DNA of 64,000 bases from Desulfobacca sp. 4484_104 (GCA_002049795.1 MUKC01000009.1:6721-70720), one strand, 5' to 3'. Shown: positions 29,490 through 39,173, counted from the stretch's first letter. Numbers and translations: made by a program. The notes: generated from the sequence alone by a model not told the origin.

Positions 29490-29682
29490 CGGCTTCTCCT
29501 TCCGCAAGGTGATTATAAGAGGAATCAGCCAAGGCGTCAACGCCTGACGCTGACAAGGGCCTTAAAATTAACTAATGATAGATTGGCAGGGCTGGATATG
29601 ATAATTTAATTTCTGAAATCCAGATAAATTTAAGGATAGTATTATTACCCCGAAGTATAAGAGTGAATGCTGCTAATTAGTG

Positions 29683-29829
29683 CCCATCCGGAAAACTCAG
29701 GTTTTCTCTCTCCCTCGAGGGAGAGGGCTAGGGTGAGGGTGGTTAAGGTTTGGAAATCGATACTATTTACCCCTCACCCTAACCCTCTCCCCGCCGGCGG
29801 GGCGAGGGAATTATGGAGTTTTCGGATGG
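29683..29829. repeat. Nested GC-rich palindromic element (REP/MITE-like), full-length copy
   Basis: Outer arms are CCATCCGGAAAACTC (29684-29698) and GAGTTTTCGGATGG (29816-29829). Inner arms are GGAGAGGGCTAGGGTGAGGGTGG and CCCCTCACCCTAACCCTCTCC. There are perfect palindromes at 29708-29725 and 29789-29802. Confidence 0.7.
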
Positions 29830-29878
29830 AAAATAATAAGGATATATCCGTCCTTTATTGTTAGTCCAAAGGAGGAAA

Positions 29879-31969
29879 ATGGTGCGTGCCTTGTTCTCGC
29901 CCCAATCGGTGGCCTTGATCGGAGTGCCGCGGCAGACCGGCGTGGGAGCCTATAATGGTCTGGAAATGCTGTTGCGTTATGGTTATCAGGGGAAAATCTT
30001 TGTGGTTCATCCCAAGGCTACCGAAATTCTGGGTTATCCGGCCTATCCGCGGCTCCTGGAGGTGCCCGAGGTCCCGGAATTAGCGGTCATTGCCGTGGGT
30101 CGGGACCGGGTCTTAGCGGTCCTGCAAGACTGTCTGGTCCACGGCATCCGGTGGATTATCGTTATCTCGCAAGGTTTTGCCGATGCTGATGATCAGGGCC
30201 AGACATTGCAGGCTCAACTGGTAAGTGAGGCCCGGCGTTATGGGGCCCGGATCCTGGGGCCCAATACCATGGGCAGCATGAACGCCTTTGCCGGGTTTAC
30301 CACGGCCTTCGTGGATCGGCCCCGCGACCCCGATCCGCCGCGGGTCACGCTGGTGGCTCAGAGTGGCGCGCCCCAGGTCGGGTCCGAGTCCTTTGTCGGC
30401 CCCCTGGGCAAGGGCATTGACCTGGGCAACGCCGCTGATCTGGGATTCGTTGAGCTGTTGGAATATTTGGAACATGACCCCGAAACCGAGCTGATCGTGT
30501 TGCATATGGAGGGCTTAGTCGAGGGCCGGAGGTTTCTAGAAGTGGCTTCCCGCCTTACCAGGCGCAAACCGATTATCGTCTTTAAAACCGGCCGCAGTGA
30601 AGCCGGGGCGCAGGCTGCGCTGTCGCATACCGGCTCGCTGGTAGGTGAGGACGCGGTATTTAGCGCCGCCTTTGCCCGAGCCGGTCTGGTCCGAGTTTTT
30701 AGTGCCACCGAGCTGTTGGATACGGTCCAGGCCTTCCGTAAACTTCCGCCGTTAAAAGGCCCCCGGCTGGGGGTAGCGACAGCCAGTGGTGCCTTGGGCA
30801 TCATGGCGGTAGATGCCCTGAGCCAGGAGGGGCTTAGCCTGGGACGGTTAAACAAGACCACCCGTAAAATGTTGGAAGATAAAGGTCCTTACTGGCACCG
30901 GCTGCACAATCCGGTAGATTTGTGGCCCATCGGCATGGTCAGCGGCGATTTTATCGGCTGTGTCGAAACCGCGCTCAGCGGCTTTCTGGCTGACCCGGAA
31001 ATTGACGGTGCAGTGGGCCTGTTACCGGCTCTGGCCTCGCCTTTGCACCAGGACCTGTTGACCACGCCCAAGATGATCAATCGCCTGGGCCCGGAGCGGG
31101 TCGCCAAACCCCTGGTGCTGTCGATCTATGGCGATCACCGGGAGCAGACCTGCCGGGATTTAGAGCCGGTGCCGGGAGTAGCCTGCTATCCTAGCGTCGA
31201 GCGGGCTATGGCGGCCTTAGGCCAGCTTTACCGTTATCACTCGGCCCTCAATGCCAGCCCGGAGACGCTATTCCAGGAAAAAGTAGCCGCCACTCCTGAC
31301 CCGCCACCGCGTCCCACCGCGGCGCCGGTGCTGTTGGGCCAGGCCGCGCTGGATTTTCTGGCCGCGTTTGACATTCCCATCCTCGACGGTCAGTTGGCCC
31401 AGAGTGAATCGGAAGCAGTGGATATTGCCGAAACTTATAGCTACCCGGTGGTTCTCAAGGTAGTGTCGCCCCAGTGGCTCCATAAATCTGATCTGGGCGG
31501 GGTGCTGCTCAATCTTTCCGGTCCGGACCAGGTGCGCCGCGGGTTTCAGCGCTTGCAAGCCGCGGTCGATTGCCATACCCCTGGGGCTACTCTGGAGGGT
31601 ATTCTGGTGCAGAAGCAGCTCAAGGGCAAAGAGTTATTATTAGGTATCAAGCAAGATGCCACCTTTGGCCCGGTAGTAGTCTGCGGTTTGGGCGGCATTT
31701 ATACCGAGGTTTTGCAGGATGTGGCCCAGAACCTGGCACCGGTTACCATCGCCCAGGCGCAGGCCCTGCTGGTCAGCTTAAGGGCCTATCCGCTGCTCTT
31801 AGGCGTACGCGGCGAGCCGCCGGTGGCCCTGGAGGAACTGGCCCAGGTCATTGCCAAACTGTCGGAACTGGCGCTGAGCGTGACCGACCTAAAGGAACTG
31901 GATGTCAATCCCTTAATCGCCACCCCGGAAGGCTGCTGGGCGGTAGATGCGCGCCTGGTCTGGCAGTAG
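29879..31969 (+). CDS. ADP-forming acetyl-CoA synthetase family protein, paralog 2
   Basis: It has the same architecture as 13579-15756: VALIGVPRQTG, ILGPNTMG, LSHTGSLVG, and the ATP-grasp VVLKVVSPQWLHKSDLGGV. The start at 29879 has AAAGGAGGA upstream. Confidence 0.85.
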   Translation: MVRALFSPQSVALIGVPRQTGVGAYNGLEMLLRYGYQGKIFVVHPKATEILGYPAYPRLLEVPEVPELAVIAVGRDRVLAVLQDCLVHGIRWIIVISQGFADADDQGQTLQAQLVSEARRYGARILGPNTMGSMNAFAGFTTAFVDRPRDPDPPRVTLVAQSGAPQVGSESFVGPLGKGIDLGNAADLGFVELLEYLEHDPETELIVLHMEGLVEGRRFLEVASRLTRRKPIIVFKTGRSEAGAQAALSHTGSLVGEDAVFSAAFARAGLVRVFSATELLDTVQAFRKLPPLKGPRLGVATASGALGIMAVDALSQEGLSLGRLNKTTRKMLEDKGPYWHRLHNPVDLWPIGMVSGDFIGCVETALSGFLADPEIDGAVGLLPALASPLHQDLLTTPKMINRLGPERVAKPLVLSIYGDHREQTCRDLEPVPGVACYPSVERAMAALGQLYRYHSALNASPETLFQEKVAATPDPPPRPTAAPVLLGQAALDFLAAFDIPILDGQLAQSESEAVDIAETYSYPVVLKVVSPQWLHKSDLGGVLLNLSGPDQVRRGFQRLQAAVDCHTPGATLEGILVQKQLKGKELLLGIKQDATFGPVVVCGLGGIYTEVLQDVAQNLAPVTIAQAQALLVSLRAYPLLLGVRGEPPVALEELAQVIAKLSELALSVTDLKELDVNPLIATPEGCWAVDARLVWQ

Positions 31970-32526
31970 AGCAATGAATTGCTGAACTTGGGCTCAGAGT
32001 CTGCGCCGCGAGTGTAAGGGCGGGGTTACCTCGTGCCTACCTAAATAAAAAAATATGGGTCAGTTTAAATGCCCAGACTATTGATCGGAAATAAGCCGCT
32101 CGATCAACTTTTCCACCAGCAACAGGCTGGATTCCAGGTCCAGGTAAGCCCCGATCTGGGTATCAAACAGCATCTGCGCCTGCGCTTCAAAGATATTTAA
32201 TGATTAAGTGCGGCTTGCCGTTTTCTGCGCCATAGGTCGCTCCTAATCCCGGAGCCAGGGCGGCAAAATTCAGCGGTGCCACCTTGTCGGGCAAGGCCTC
32301 GGCAGCAATTGCCACCGATTCCCGCCGTCGGCCCACGCCGACCTGTTGTTGATTTCTTATGGTGGGCGCCAGCTTTCGGGCCTGGGCCGATAAGTGGTGG
32401 CATTTTTTTTAATCCTCGCCTTCTTTGATCACTGCGGTGGCAAAGGCCAGACAGGACTTATACCAAGTTCTTATTCAAATGCAACAAACTCATGGCTTAA
32501 TACATTGATTAAATTAAGTATTTCAA

Positions 32527-32561
32527 CAGAAAACAGAAAACTGAAAACTGAAAACGGTATT
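32527..32561 (-). repeat. GTTTTCN heptad array, copy A (reads GAAAAC on the plus strand)
   Basis: Plus strand: cagaaaa|cagaaaa|ctgaaaa|ctgaaaa|cggtatt. About 88 percent identical, including the flanking GTATT, to the reverse complement of 58321-58356. It lies about 85 nt downstream of the usp stop on the sense strand. Confidence 0.65.
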
Positions 32562-32644
32562 ATACCCGCAATCCCCACAATTATTCTGGGGCAGGACTTT
32601 GTAAATATCAAGTACCGATAGTGCCATAGTGTGGCGACCCCAGG

Positions 32645-33487
32645 TTAATGATTGCAGATCAGAAAGGCCAGCGGCAGATCGTGAAGAATATTTTCCGTAG
32701 TCGTCCCTAAAAAAATGTCTTTCAGGCGATGGTGACCCTGCGCTCCCAGAGCGATCAGGCCGAATTGTTGCTGGCGGTTCAACTCCAGAATGACCGTCTC
32801 GGGTTTTCCATCCCGGTCCTCCAGGCTGACCTTGAGCCCATAAGGCTGAAGGTAGGTTTGGGCTTCTTGCAAGCGACCGGCGTTGGTCTCGGGATTGCCC
32901 ACCGACAGGATGGTGAGCGCCGCGCCGGTCAGAGCCGCTAATCGAGCCACCTGTCGCAACCCATAGTTGGCCGCGGGACTGCCATCATAAGCCAACAGAT
33001 AAGGACCGTCCAACAGCGAGGCCGCCTCTGCCGCAGGTAGCAACACCGGCGCCCAAGATTTTTTCAGGACCCGGCGGGTAGTATCGCTTAACCGCCACCG
33101 TGCCGATTCTGGGGCGCGGATGCCTCGACCCATGACCAACAGATCGGCTGTGCGTGCTGCCCTCACCATCTGCTCCACTACATCCCCCCGGACTACTTCC
33201 AGCCCCGTAGTCTCGCTGACCAACCGAGAGAACAAGACGGCCACGCGTTTGGCGGTCTGCTCCTGTTCGGCCTCAATCTCGGCGACCAGCGCCGAATCCA
33301 GCAGCGGCGGCGCTTCTGCTCCCATCTCCAGCCCGGTCGGCCAGGCGACCATATCGGGGCCGATTAACCTTTTTACCAATAGCCCCCGGACCCGACCAGT
33401 GCTTAAACCAGCCAAGGAGACCGCCAATTGCAGACTCGGCTCGGTTTCGGTCCCGCCATCACAACACACCAGGATATTTTTGAACAT
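32645..33487 (-). CDS. Tandem-domain universal stress protein family protein
   Basis: 280 aa with two Usp-like halves (MFKNILVCCDGG..., ..LLVMGRG..; ..LIALGAQGHHRLKDIFLGTTTENIL). Confidence 0.75.
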   Translation of the reverse strand: MFKNILVCCDGGTETEPSLQLAVSLAGLSTGRVRGLLVKRLIGPDMVAWPTGLEMGAEAPPLLDSALVAEIEAEQEQTAKRVAVLFSRLVSETTGLEVVRGDVVEQMVRAARTADLLVMGRGIRAPESARWRLSDTTRRVLKKSWAPVLLPAAEAASLLDGPYLLAYDGSPAANYGLRQVARLAALTGAALTILSVGNPETNAGRLQEAQTYLQPYGLKVSLEDRDGKPETVILELNRQQQFGLIALGAQGHHRLKDIFLGTTTENILHDLPLAFLICNH

Positions 33488-33581
33488 ACTCGCTCCCCTA
33501 ATGGCCGCCCTGCCAGCCTGAGTTGGAACTGGTTAGCTCTGAGGATAACCACATGACCTGATGGTAATCTGGAAAATGGGC

Positions 33582-33610
33582 TTGACAGATGCCGGTAATT
33601 TCCCTAAATT
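33582..33610 (+). promoter_or_regulatory. Candidate promoter for tRNA-Glu
   Basis: TTGACA (33582-33587), 17-nt spacer, TAAATT (33605-33610), 11 nt before the tRNA 5' end. Confidence 0.5.
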
Positions 33611-33621
33611 TAAATGTATGT

Positions 33622-33697
33622 GGTCCCATCGTCTAGTGGCCTAGGATACTGCCCTCTCACGGCAGAGACACGGGTTCGAGTCCCGTTGGGACTACCA
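33622..33697 (+). tRNA. tRNA-Glu (CUC)
   Basis: GGTCCCATCGTCTAGTGGCCTAGGATACTGCCCTCTCACGGCAG...GGGTTCGAGTCCCGTTGGGACTACCA. It has a CT-CTC-AC anticodon loop, a Glu-type D arm and an encoded CCA. Confidence 0.85.
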
Positions 33698-33765
33698 TTT
33701 AACTCCCCCACGAAACCTATATCATCAATATCAAAACTAGTCAATTTAGCCTAGGAGCGTAGGTA

Positions 33766-33873
33766 CGACCACCAACATAATCCCGGCGGGGAGCCAGATT
33801 AGATTTGGCAAGCAAAAAACGACCACCAACATAATCCCGGCGGGGAGCCAGATTAGATTTGGCAAGCAAAAAA
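33766..33873 (+). repeat. Perfect 2 x 54-nt tandem direct repeat
   Basis: The unit CGACCACCAACATAATCCCGGCGGGGAGCCAGATTAGATTTGGCAAGCAAAAAA occurs at 33766-33819 and 33820-33873 with 100 percent identity. Confidence 0.9.
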
Positions 33874-33912
33874 TTAGGGCAGGCAAAGCCCACCCTAATT
33901 TTATGTTTTTTT
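33873..33912. terminator. Bidirectional intrinsic terminator between tRNA-Glu and ispA-dxs
   Basis: The stem ATTAGGG (33873-33879) / CCCTAAT (33893-33899) is flanked by an A-run upstream and TTTTATGTTTTTTT downstream, so there is a U-tract on either strand. Confidence 0.65.
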
Positions 33913-36655
33913 ATCCCCCGAGACGATCCCGCCAAGCAAAAAGGGGACCAGATGAATACCGCTTAAAATTTTGTTCTAAAATTGTTAAGGCGCTGGTCAG
34001 GATGCCCTCGGCATCGAGGCCGTATTTATGGCGCAGGATTTTGGGGGTGCCATGTTCTACGAAGGTATCGGGGATGGCCAGCCGTTTGACCGGAATGCCA
34101 TAGAGGCCGTGATCGGCAAAGAGCTCCAGGACCGCGCTGCCGAACCCGCCCAGTATGACGTTTTCTTCTACGGTCAGCACCCGGCCATGGCGGGCCGCCA
34201 GATTGAGCAACAGGGTCTGATCTAGGGGTTTGACAAATCTGACATTGACCACGGTAGCCGAATATTTCCGGGCTTGCAGTTCCCGCGCCACATTCAAGGC
34301 CGGATGCACCGAAGCGCCCACGGCCAGGATCAGCAGATCGTCACCCTCGGTTAAGACCTCGGCCTGCCCCAGGGGGATTTTCTGTAAGGTGGGGGACAGC
34401 GGCACGCCCACCCCACTACCGCGGGGATAGCGCATGGCAATCGGGCCCTGGTGATGGAGCGCGGTATAGAGCAGATGGCGCAGTTCGTCCTCATCTTTGG
34501 GGGCCATGACCACCATATTGGGCAGATGCCGGAGATAAGACAGGTCAAACAGCCCCTGGTGGGTCTCCCCGTCTTCGCCGACCACGCCGCCGCGATCCAG
34601 GGCAAAAACTACCGGCAGGTTCTGCAAACAGACATCATGGAGCAGTTGGTCGTAGGCCCGCTGCAAGAAGGTCGAATAAATCGCCACCACCGGCCGCAGA
34701 CCTTCGACGGCCAGACCCGCAGCGAAAGTAACCGCGTGCTGCTCACAGATGCCGACGTCAAAAAAGCGATCGGGATAGTGGAGGCGGAAGTTGACCAGCC
34801 CGGTGCCATCCGGCATGGCTGCGGTAATGGCGACGACGCGCTTGTCCCCGGCAGCCAGTTTTACCAGGGTATCGCCGAACAACTCGGTATAGCTGGGGAC
34901 CTGACTGACGCTCTTTTGGGGTTCACCGGTTTCCAGGTCAAAGCACCCCAGCCCATGGAAGCTGGTCGGATCGCATTCCGCGGGTTGATAACCCTTGCCC
35001 TTGGTGGTCAGGACGTGGACCAGCACCGGGCCACTTAAGTTTTTGACATTATTTAGGGTTTCAATCAAATGGTCTATGCGGTGACCCTGAACCGGTCCCA
35101 GGTAGGTAAATTTCAGGGCCTCAAAGAGCATGCCCGGGGTTAAAAAGGATTTAAGTGATTCCTCGCTTTTGCGGGCCAGGGTTACCAATTCTTCGCCGAT
35201 GCCGGGGACCGAGCGCAAAAAGCCTTCAAGCTGCTTTTTCATATAAACCATGATCTTGCCGGTCAGCTTCCGGCTCAGGTAGGATGATAAGGCCCCGACA
35301 TTAGGGGAGATCGACATCTCGTTGTCATTTAGGATGACAATCAGGTTTTTATTAAGATCGCCGGCATTGTTGAGGCCCTCGAAGGCCAGGCCGGCGGTCA
35401 TAGCGCCATCGCCGATTACTGCTACCACGCGCCGCCGTTCGCGCTTCAGGCACTTGCCGGTAGCCACACCCAGGGCGGCCGAGATCGAGGTGGAACTGTG
35501 GCCGGTATCAAAGGTATCATAGGGGCTTTCCGCCCGTTTGGGGAAGCCGCTAAGACCGCCAAACTGGCGTAAGGTGTGGAATCTAGATTGACGCCCGGTG
35601 AGGAGTTTATGGGCATAGGCCTGGTGGCCGACGTCCCAGACGATTTTATCCCTGGGGGTGTCAAAGACGTAATGCAAGGCAATAGTTAATTCAATGACTC
35701 CCAGGCTGGGAGCCAGGTGGCCTCCAGTTTTGGAGACGGTATCAATGATCTGGGTCCGAAGCTCCGCCGCCAGTTGCGGCAGTTGTTCCAGGGTTAGCTT
35801 TTTAAGATCCCGGGGACTGCTGATGGTGGGTAACAGTCGCATTACGGCCTGGCTGACCAACTGCCGGGCCTGCTGGCGGGCCGTCTCCACACCCAGGATG
35901 CCGGGATAGGTAGCTTTTTGTCGGAGCAGGTCCATACCTGGAGACTTGCCCATTTCCGCGGCCTGACCTTCAACATCCAGCAGATCATCAGTGATCTGGA
36001 AGGCCAGACCGAAGCATTGGCCATAGCGGGTAAGATGCGCTACCGCCTTCGGACTCCCGCCCCCTAACAAGGCCCCGGATCGGACCGCAGCAGTAAGTAA
36101 GGCCCCGGTTTTAAGGCTGTGGATGGCCTCTATCTGGGGTAGCCCCAAGCTTTGGCCTTCGGCCAACAGATCCGCCATCTGACCACCGACCATCCCCCGT
36201 GAGCCCGCGGCCTGGGCGATCAGATTGATTACCTCCAGAACCACCGCGTTACAGTCCGGCAAACCGTGGTCTACCTGGCTCATAAGCGCAAAGGCCTCGG
36301 TCAGCAAACCATCTCCGGCTAAAATAGCCGTGGCCTCATCGAACTTTTTATGACAGGTAGGTTGCCCGCGGCGCAGATCATCGTCATCCATGGCCGGTAG
36401 ATCATCATGGATCAAAGAATAGGTATGAATCATCTCCAGGGCACAGGCCACCGGCAGGGCCTCGGAAACATTCCCGCCGACTGCTTCGGCGGCGGCCAGG
36501 CAAAGTATAGGCCGCAGCCTTTTGCCCCCGGCCATCAGGCTGTAGCGCATGGCCACAATCACCCTGGCCCCTTGACCCTGAACCGGGGGCAGATATTTTT
36601 CCAGAGCCTGATCAATCAGGGCCTTGCGCTCGGCCAGATAAGTTTTCAGCTCCAT
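33911..36655 (-). CDS. dxs: Fused farnesyl-diphosphate synthase (IspA, aa 1-271) / 1-deoxy-D-xylulose-5-phosphate synthase (Dxs, aa 272-914)
   Basis: The IspA part has [17 protein letters not shown] and FQITDDLLD. From codon 272 (35842-35840) there is a normal Dxs N terminus ([40 protein letters not shown]). It is a single uninterrupted frame of 914 codons. Confidence 0.85.
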   Translation of the reverse strand: MELKTYLAERKALIDQALEKYLPPVQGQGARVIVAMRYSLMAGGKRLRPILCLAAAEAVGGNVSEALPVACALEMIHTYSLIHDDLPAMDDDDLRRGQPTCHKKFDEATAILAGDGLLTEAFALMSQVDHGLPDCNAVVLEVINLIAQAAGSRGMVGGQMADLLAEGQSLGLPQIEAIHSLKTGALLTAAVRSGALLGGGSPKAVAHLTRYGQCFGLAFQITDDLLDVEGQAAEMGKSPGMDLLRQKATYPGILGVETARQQARQLVSQAVMRLLPTISSPRDLKKLTLEQLPQLAAELRTQIIDTVSKTGGHLAPSLGVIELTIALHYVFDTPRDKIVWDVGHQAYAHKLLTGRQSRFHTLRQFGGLSGFPKRAESPYDTFDTGHSSTSISAALGVATGKCLKRERRRVVAVIGDGAMTAGLAFEGLNNAGDLNKNLIVILNDNEMSISPNVGALSSYLSRKLTGKIMVYMKKQLEGFLRSVPGIGEELVTLARKSEESLKSFLTPGMLFEALKFTYLGPVQGHRIDHLIETLNNVKNLSGPVLVHVLTTKGKGYQPAECDPTSFHGLGCFDLETGEPQKSVSQVPSYTELFGDTLVKLAAGDKRVVAITAAMPDGTGLVNFRLHYPDRFFDVGICEQHAVTFAAGLAVEGLRPVVAIYSTFLQRAYDQLLHDVCLQNLPVVFALDRGGVVGEDGETHQGLFDLSYLRHLPNMVVMAPKDEDELRHLLYTALHHQGPIAMRYPRGSGVGVPLSPTLQKIPLGQAEVLTEGDDLLILAVGASVHPALNVARELQARKYSATVVNVRFVKPLDQTLLLNLAARHGRVLTVEENVILGGFGSAVLELFADHGLYGIPVKRLAIPDTFVEHGTPKILRHKYGLDAEGILTSALTILEQNFKRYSSGPLFAWRDRLGG

Positions 36656-36667
36656 CCGCTCTCCAGA

Positions 36668-36934
36668 TTAATCCTCGGTATTTTCGGCAGGAGCGACAAA
36701 GGGCTGAGTAACCAACCGTCCCTCTTCATCCCGGAGCAGAATCTCGACCTTTTTTTCCACTTCATCTAATTTATGGGTACAGAACCGGATCAGTCGCATA
36801 CCTTCTTCAAAAATCTGGAGGGCCTGTTCTAACGGCAGATCACCGCTTTCCAATTGCTGGATCAGGTTTTCAAGTCTTTTTAAGGCCTCCTCGAAGTTTT
36901 CATACTTCACATGTTTTCGGCTTGTGGTGGTCAT
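36668..36934 (-). CDS. xseB: Exodeoxyribonuclease VII small subunit
   Basis: 88 aa. FEEALKRLENLIQQLESGDLPLEQAL is typical of XseB. It lies between xseA and ispA, as in the classical operon. Confidence 0.9.
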   Translation of the reverse strand: MTTTSRKHVKYENFEEALKRLENLIQQLESGDLPLEQALQIFEEGMRLIRFCTHKLDEVEKKVEILLRDEEGRLVTQPFVAPAENTED

Positions 36935-38334
36935 CGGTTTAATTTTTTATTAATTTTCTGAATCTCGCAGTCCATGCTGCCACGGGCCACCCGGACCCGC
37001 AGGGCGGCGCCGACCTGGACCCGTTGGACGTCGCGCACGACTTCCTGACCCGGTAAAGTAGTGGCGATGGCATAGCCCCGGTCTAAGATCGCCTGAGGAT
37101 TCAAGGCTTGCAGCCGTTCCTGAGAATGCTGCAGTTGTAGCCGCTGACGGGCCAGCCGGGTTTCCAGGCAGCGGCGCAATCGGGCGGCCTGCTGTTCCAC
37201 CAACTGCCGTCCCGAGATTGCGGCCCGCCGCGGACTCATCAACCGCAGGTTGGCGCGGGCCAATTGGAGACGATGCTGCCGGTCGCGCAGCCGGGCCTGC
37301 CACGCCCTTTGGAACTGTTCCAGACGGTCATCCATCCTAAGACGCAGATCCGCTAACCGGCGCCGGGGGTCGGGGAGCCGTTGGCTGAGATAGCACAGCC
37401 GTTCCCGGCGTCCCTGAACCAGGGCCTGAAAGCGGCGCTGAAGGGTGGTAGCCAGGCGTTGTAAGGTGAGAACTAATTCTTCTTTGCGCTGTACCACCAG
37501 TTCGGCCGCGGCCGAAGGCGTAGGGGCCCGGACATCAGCGACCAGATCGGCGATGGTAAAATCGATTTCATGGCCGATGGCCGAGATTACCGGAACCCGG
37601 GAACGGAAAATGGCTCGAGCCACGGCTTCTTCATTAAAGGCCCAAAGATCTTCTAAGGAACCACCGCCCCGGGCCAGCACCAGGACATCGAGGTCGGAAA
37701 AGGTATTTAACAGGTCCAGGGCCTGGACGATTTCGGCCGCGGCCCCGGCTCCTTGCACCTTGACCGGACAGATCAACACTTCCAAATTCGGAAAGCGCCG
37801 GTTCAGGATCTGCAAGAAATCCCGGATGGCCGCTCCGCTCGGAGAGGTAACCACGGCCAAGCGTCGCGGCAAAAAGGGCAGGGGCTGCTTATGAACCGGG
37901 TCGAACAGCCCCTCTGCGGCCAGTCGCCGTTTTAGTTCTTCAAAGGCCTGGGCCAAGGCGCCGATTCCCAACGGCTCCAGGTAATCTATCAATAATTGGT
38001 ATTCGCCCCGCGCTTCATAGACGCTGATCCGGCCCCGACAGACTACTTGGCGACCAGCGCTGGGTTTATGACGCAGGTATTGCTGATTGCCGCGAAATAG
38101 TACTGCCCGTAATTGGCTCGCTTCGTCTTTTAGGGTAAAATAATAGTGACCGGAGGCTGGTTGGCGGAGATTAGAAATCTCTCCGCTGACCCAAACCCGT
38201 GGGAAGTTAGTTTCCAAGCGGCTTTTGATCTGCTGGGTCAGACCACTTACCGTATAGATCTGTGGATATTCTTCGGCCATAACGAGATTCGCTAGTAAAT
38301 ATCTTACCATACCACAGTCAATAACTCCCGGCAA
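36931..38334 (-). CDS. xseA: Exodeoxyribonuclease VII large subunit
   Basis: OB-fold N terminus (YTVSGLTQQIKSRLE..VWVSGEISN) and a long Arg/Leu-rich coiled C-terminal half. The probable start is the Met at 38280. Confidence 0.9.
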   Translation of the reverse strand: MPGVIDCGMVRYLLANLVMAEEYPQIYTVSGLTQQIKSRLETNFPRVWVSGEISNLRQPASGHYYFTLKDEASQLRAVLFRGNQQYLRHKPSAGRQVVCRGRISVYEARGEYQLLIDYLEPLGIGALAQAFEELKRRLAAEGLFDPVHKQPLPFLPRRLAVVTSPSGAAIRDFLQILNRRFPNLEVLICPVKVQGAGAAAEIVQALDLLNTFSDLDVLVLARGGGSLEDLWAFNEEAVARAIFRSRVPVISAIGHEIDFTIADLVADVRAPTPSAAAELVVQRKEELVLTLQRLATTLQRRFQALVQGRRERLCYLSQRLPDPRRRLADLRLRMDDRLEQFQRAWQARLRDRQHRLQLARANLRLMSPRRAAISGRQLVEQQAARLRRCLETRLARQRLQLQHSQERLQALNPQAILDRGYAIATTLPGQEVVRDVQRVQVGAALRVRVARGSMDCEIQKINKKLNR

Positions 38335-38467
38335 TCAATTTTCCAGACCGCAGGGACTGGTCAGCAAAACCGACTCTAAAACAGCCGTCTCTTACCGAGG
38401 GAAATAACCTTGCACTTTTTGTGAAGCTATGCTAACATCTTATATATGCAAAAGAAGGAGTGACAAA

Positions 38468-38959
38468 ATGTTTGAGACAGGGGACTTGGCCGTATATCCG
38501 GCACATGGAGTGGGGGTGATAGAATCCATAGAAGATAAAGAGATCTCGGGCAATAGCCAAAAATTCTATATAATGCGAATCCTAGAAAACAACATGATCA
38601 TTATGATCCCTACCCAAAATGCTCAAGCCGTTGGTTTACGGGGCATTATCGATCCTCAAGCTGTAGCCCGAATCTATGAAATTCTCGGAACTCGGAAGCG
38701 GTTGGTGGAACATCAGACCTGGAACCGTCGTTATCGGGATTATATGGAAAAGATTAAAACCGGGTCGCTGTTTCAGGTGGCCGAGGTACTACGGGACCTT
38801 TCACTCCTAAAATCAGATAAGGATCTGTCTTTTGGCGAGCGCAAGATGTTAGATACCGCCAAGAACCTGCTAATAAAAGAGCTTTCTATTGCCAGAAAAA
38901 AAGAAGAAATCGAGATTGAAGCGGATATCCAGAAACTTCTCGATATTTCAGAAAGTTAA
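38468..38959 (+). CDS. carD: CarD/CdnL family RNA-polymerase-binding transcription factor
   Basis: MFETGDLAVYPAHGVGVIESIE..FYIMRI is a Tudor-like CarD N terminus. AAGGAG lies 8 nt upstream of the ATG at 38468. Confidence 0.85.
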   Translation: MFETGDLAVYPAHGVGVIESIEDKEISGNSQKFYIMRILENNMIIMIPTQNAQAVGLRGIIDPQAVARIYEILGTRKRLVEHQTWNRRYRDYMEKIKTGSLFQVAEVLRDLSLLKSDKDLSFGERKMLDTAKNLLIKELSIARKKEEIEIEADIQKLLDISES

Positions 38960-39173
38960 TTTTATTTCGTAGATATTCCTATCCGCGCCCAGGCAATAAT
39001 TAGTGCAGTTGAACGGGCCGATTTCCTTTCTCACAGTTGACTAAGCATAGTCGTGATAATTAAAGCTCTGTTGACGCCTGGGTGCGGGCGGCGCTGGGTT
39101 AGTGAATAATATCGTTGTTCTTTCAAACAAAGCTCCCCCCGAATGGTTAACCCGGAGATGAGGTGAATTTAAA

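Noticed and set aside
29667-29864. 65-aa ORF (..SPSRERARVRVV..HPNPLPAGGARE..)
   Set aside because: It is exactly co-extensive with the nested palindromic repeat, and the peptide is an artefact of translating GGGTGAGGG/CCCTCACCC arms.
32197-32403. 68-aa minus-strand ORF (MPPLIGPGPKAGAHHKKSTTGRRGPTAGIGG..)
   Set aside because: It has a Gly/Arg/Pro-rich composition. A different frame over the same DNA looks more protein-like (see the gene-remnant finding).
33766-33873. Possible CRISPR array (also considered for the heptamer arrays at 32527, 54829, 58325 and 58506)
   Set aside because: There are only two directly abutting units with no spacers. The heptamer arrays have 7-nt units. There are no cas genes in the window.
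33741-33935. 64-aa minus-strand ORF over the 54-nt tandem repeat
   Set aside because: The peptide merely duplicates FLLAKSNLAPRRDYVGGR. It has a TTG start inside the terminator, no SD, and overlaps the dxs stop region.
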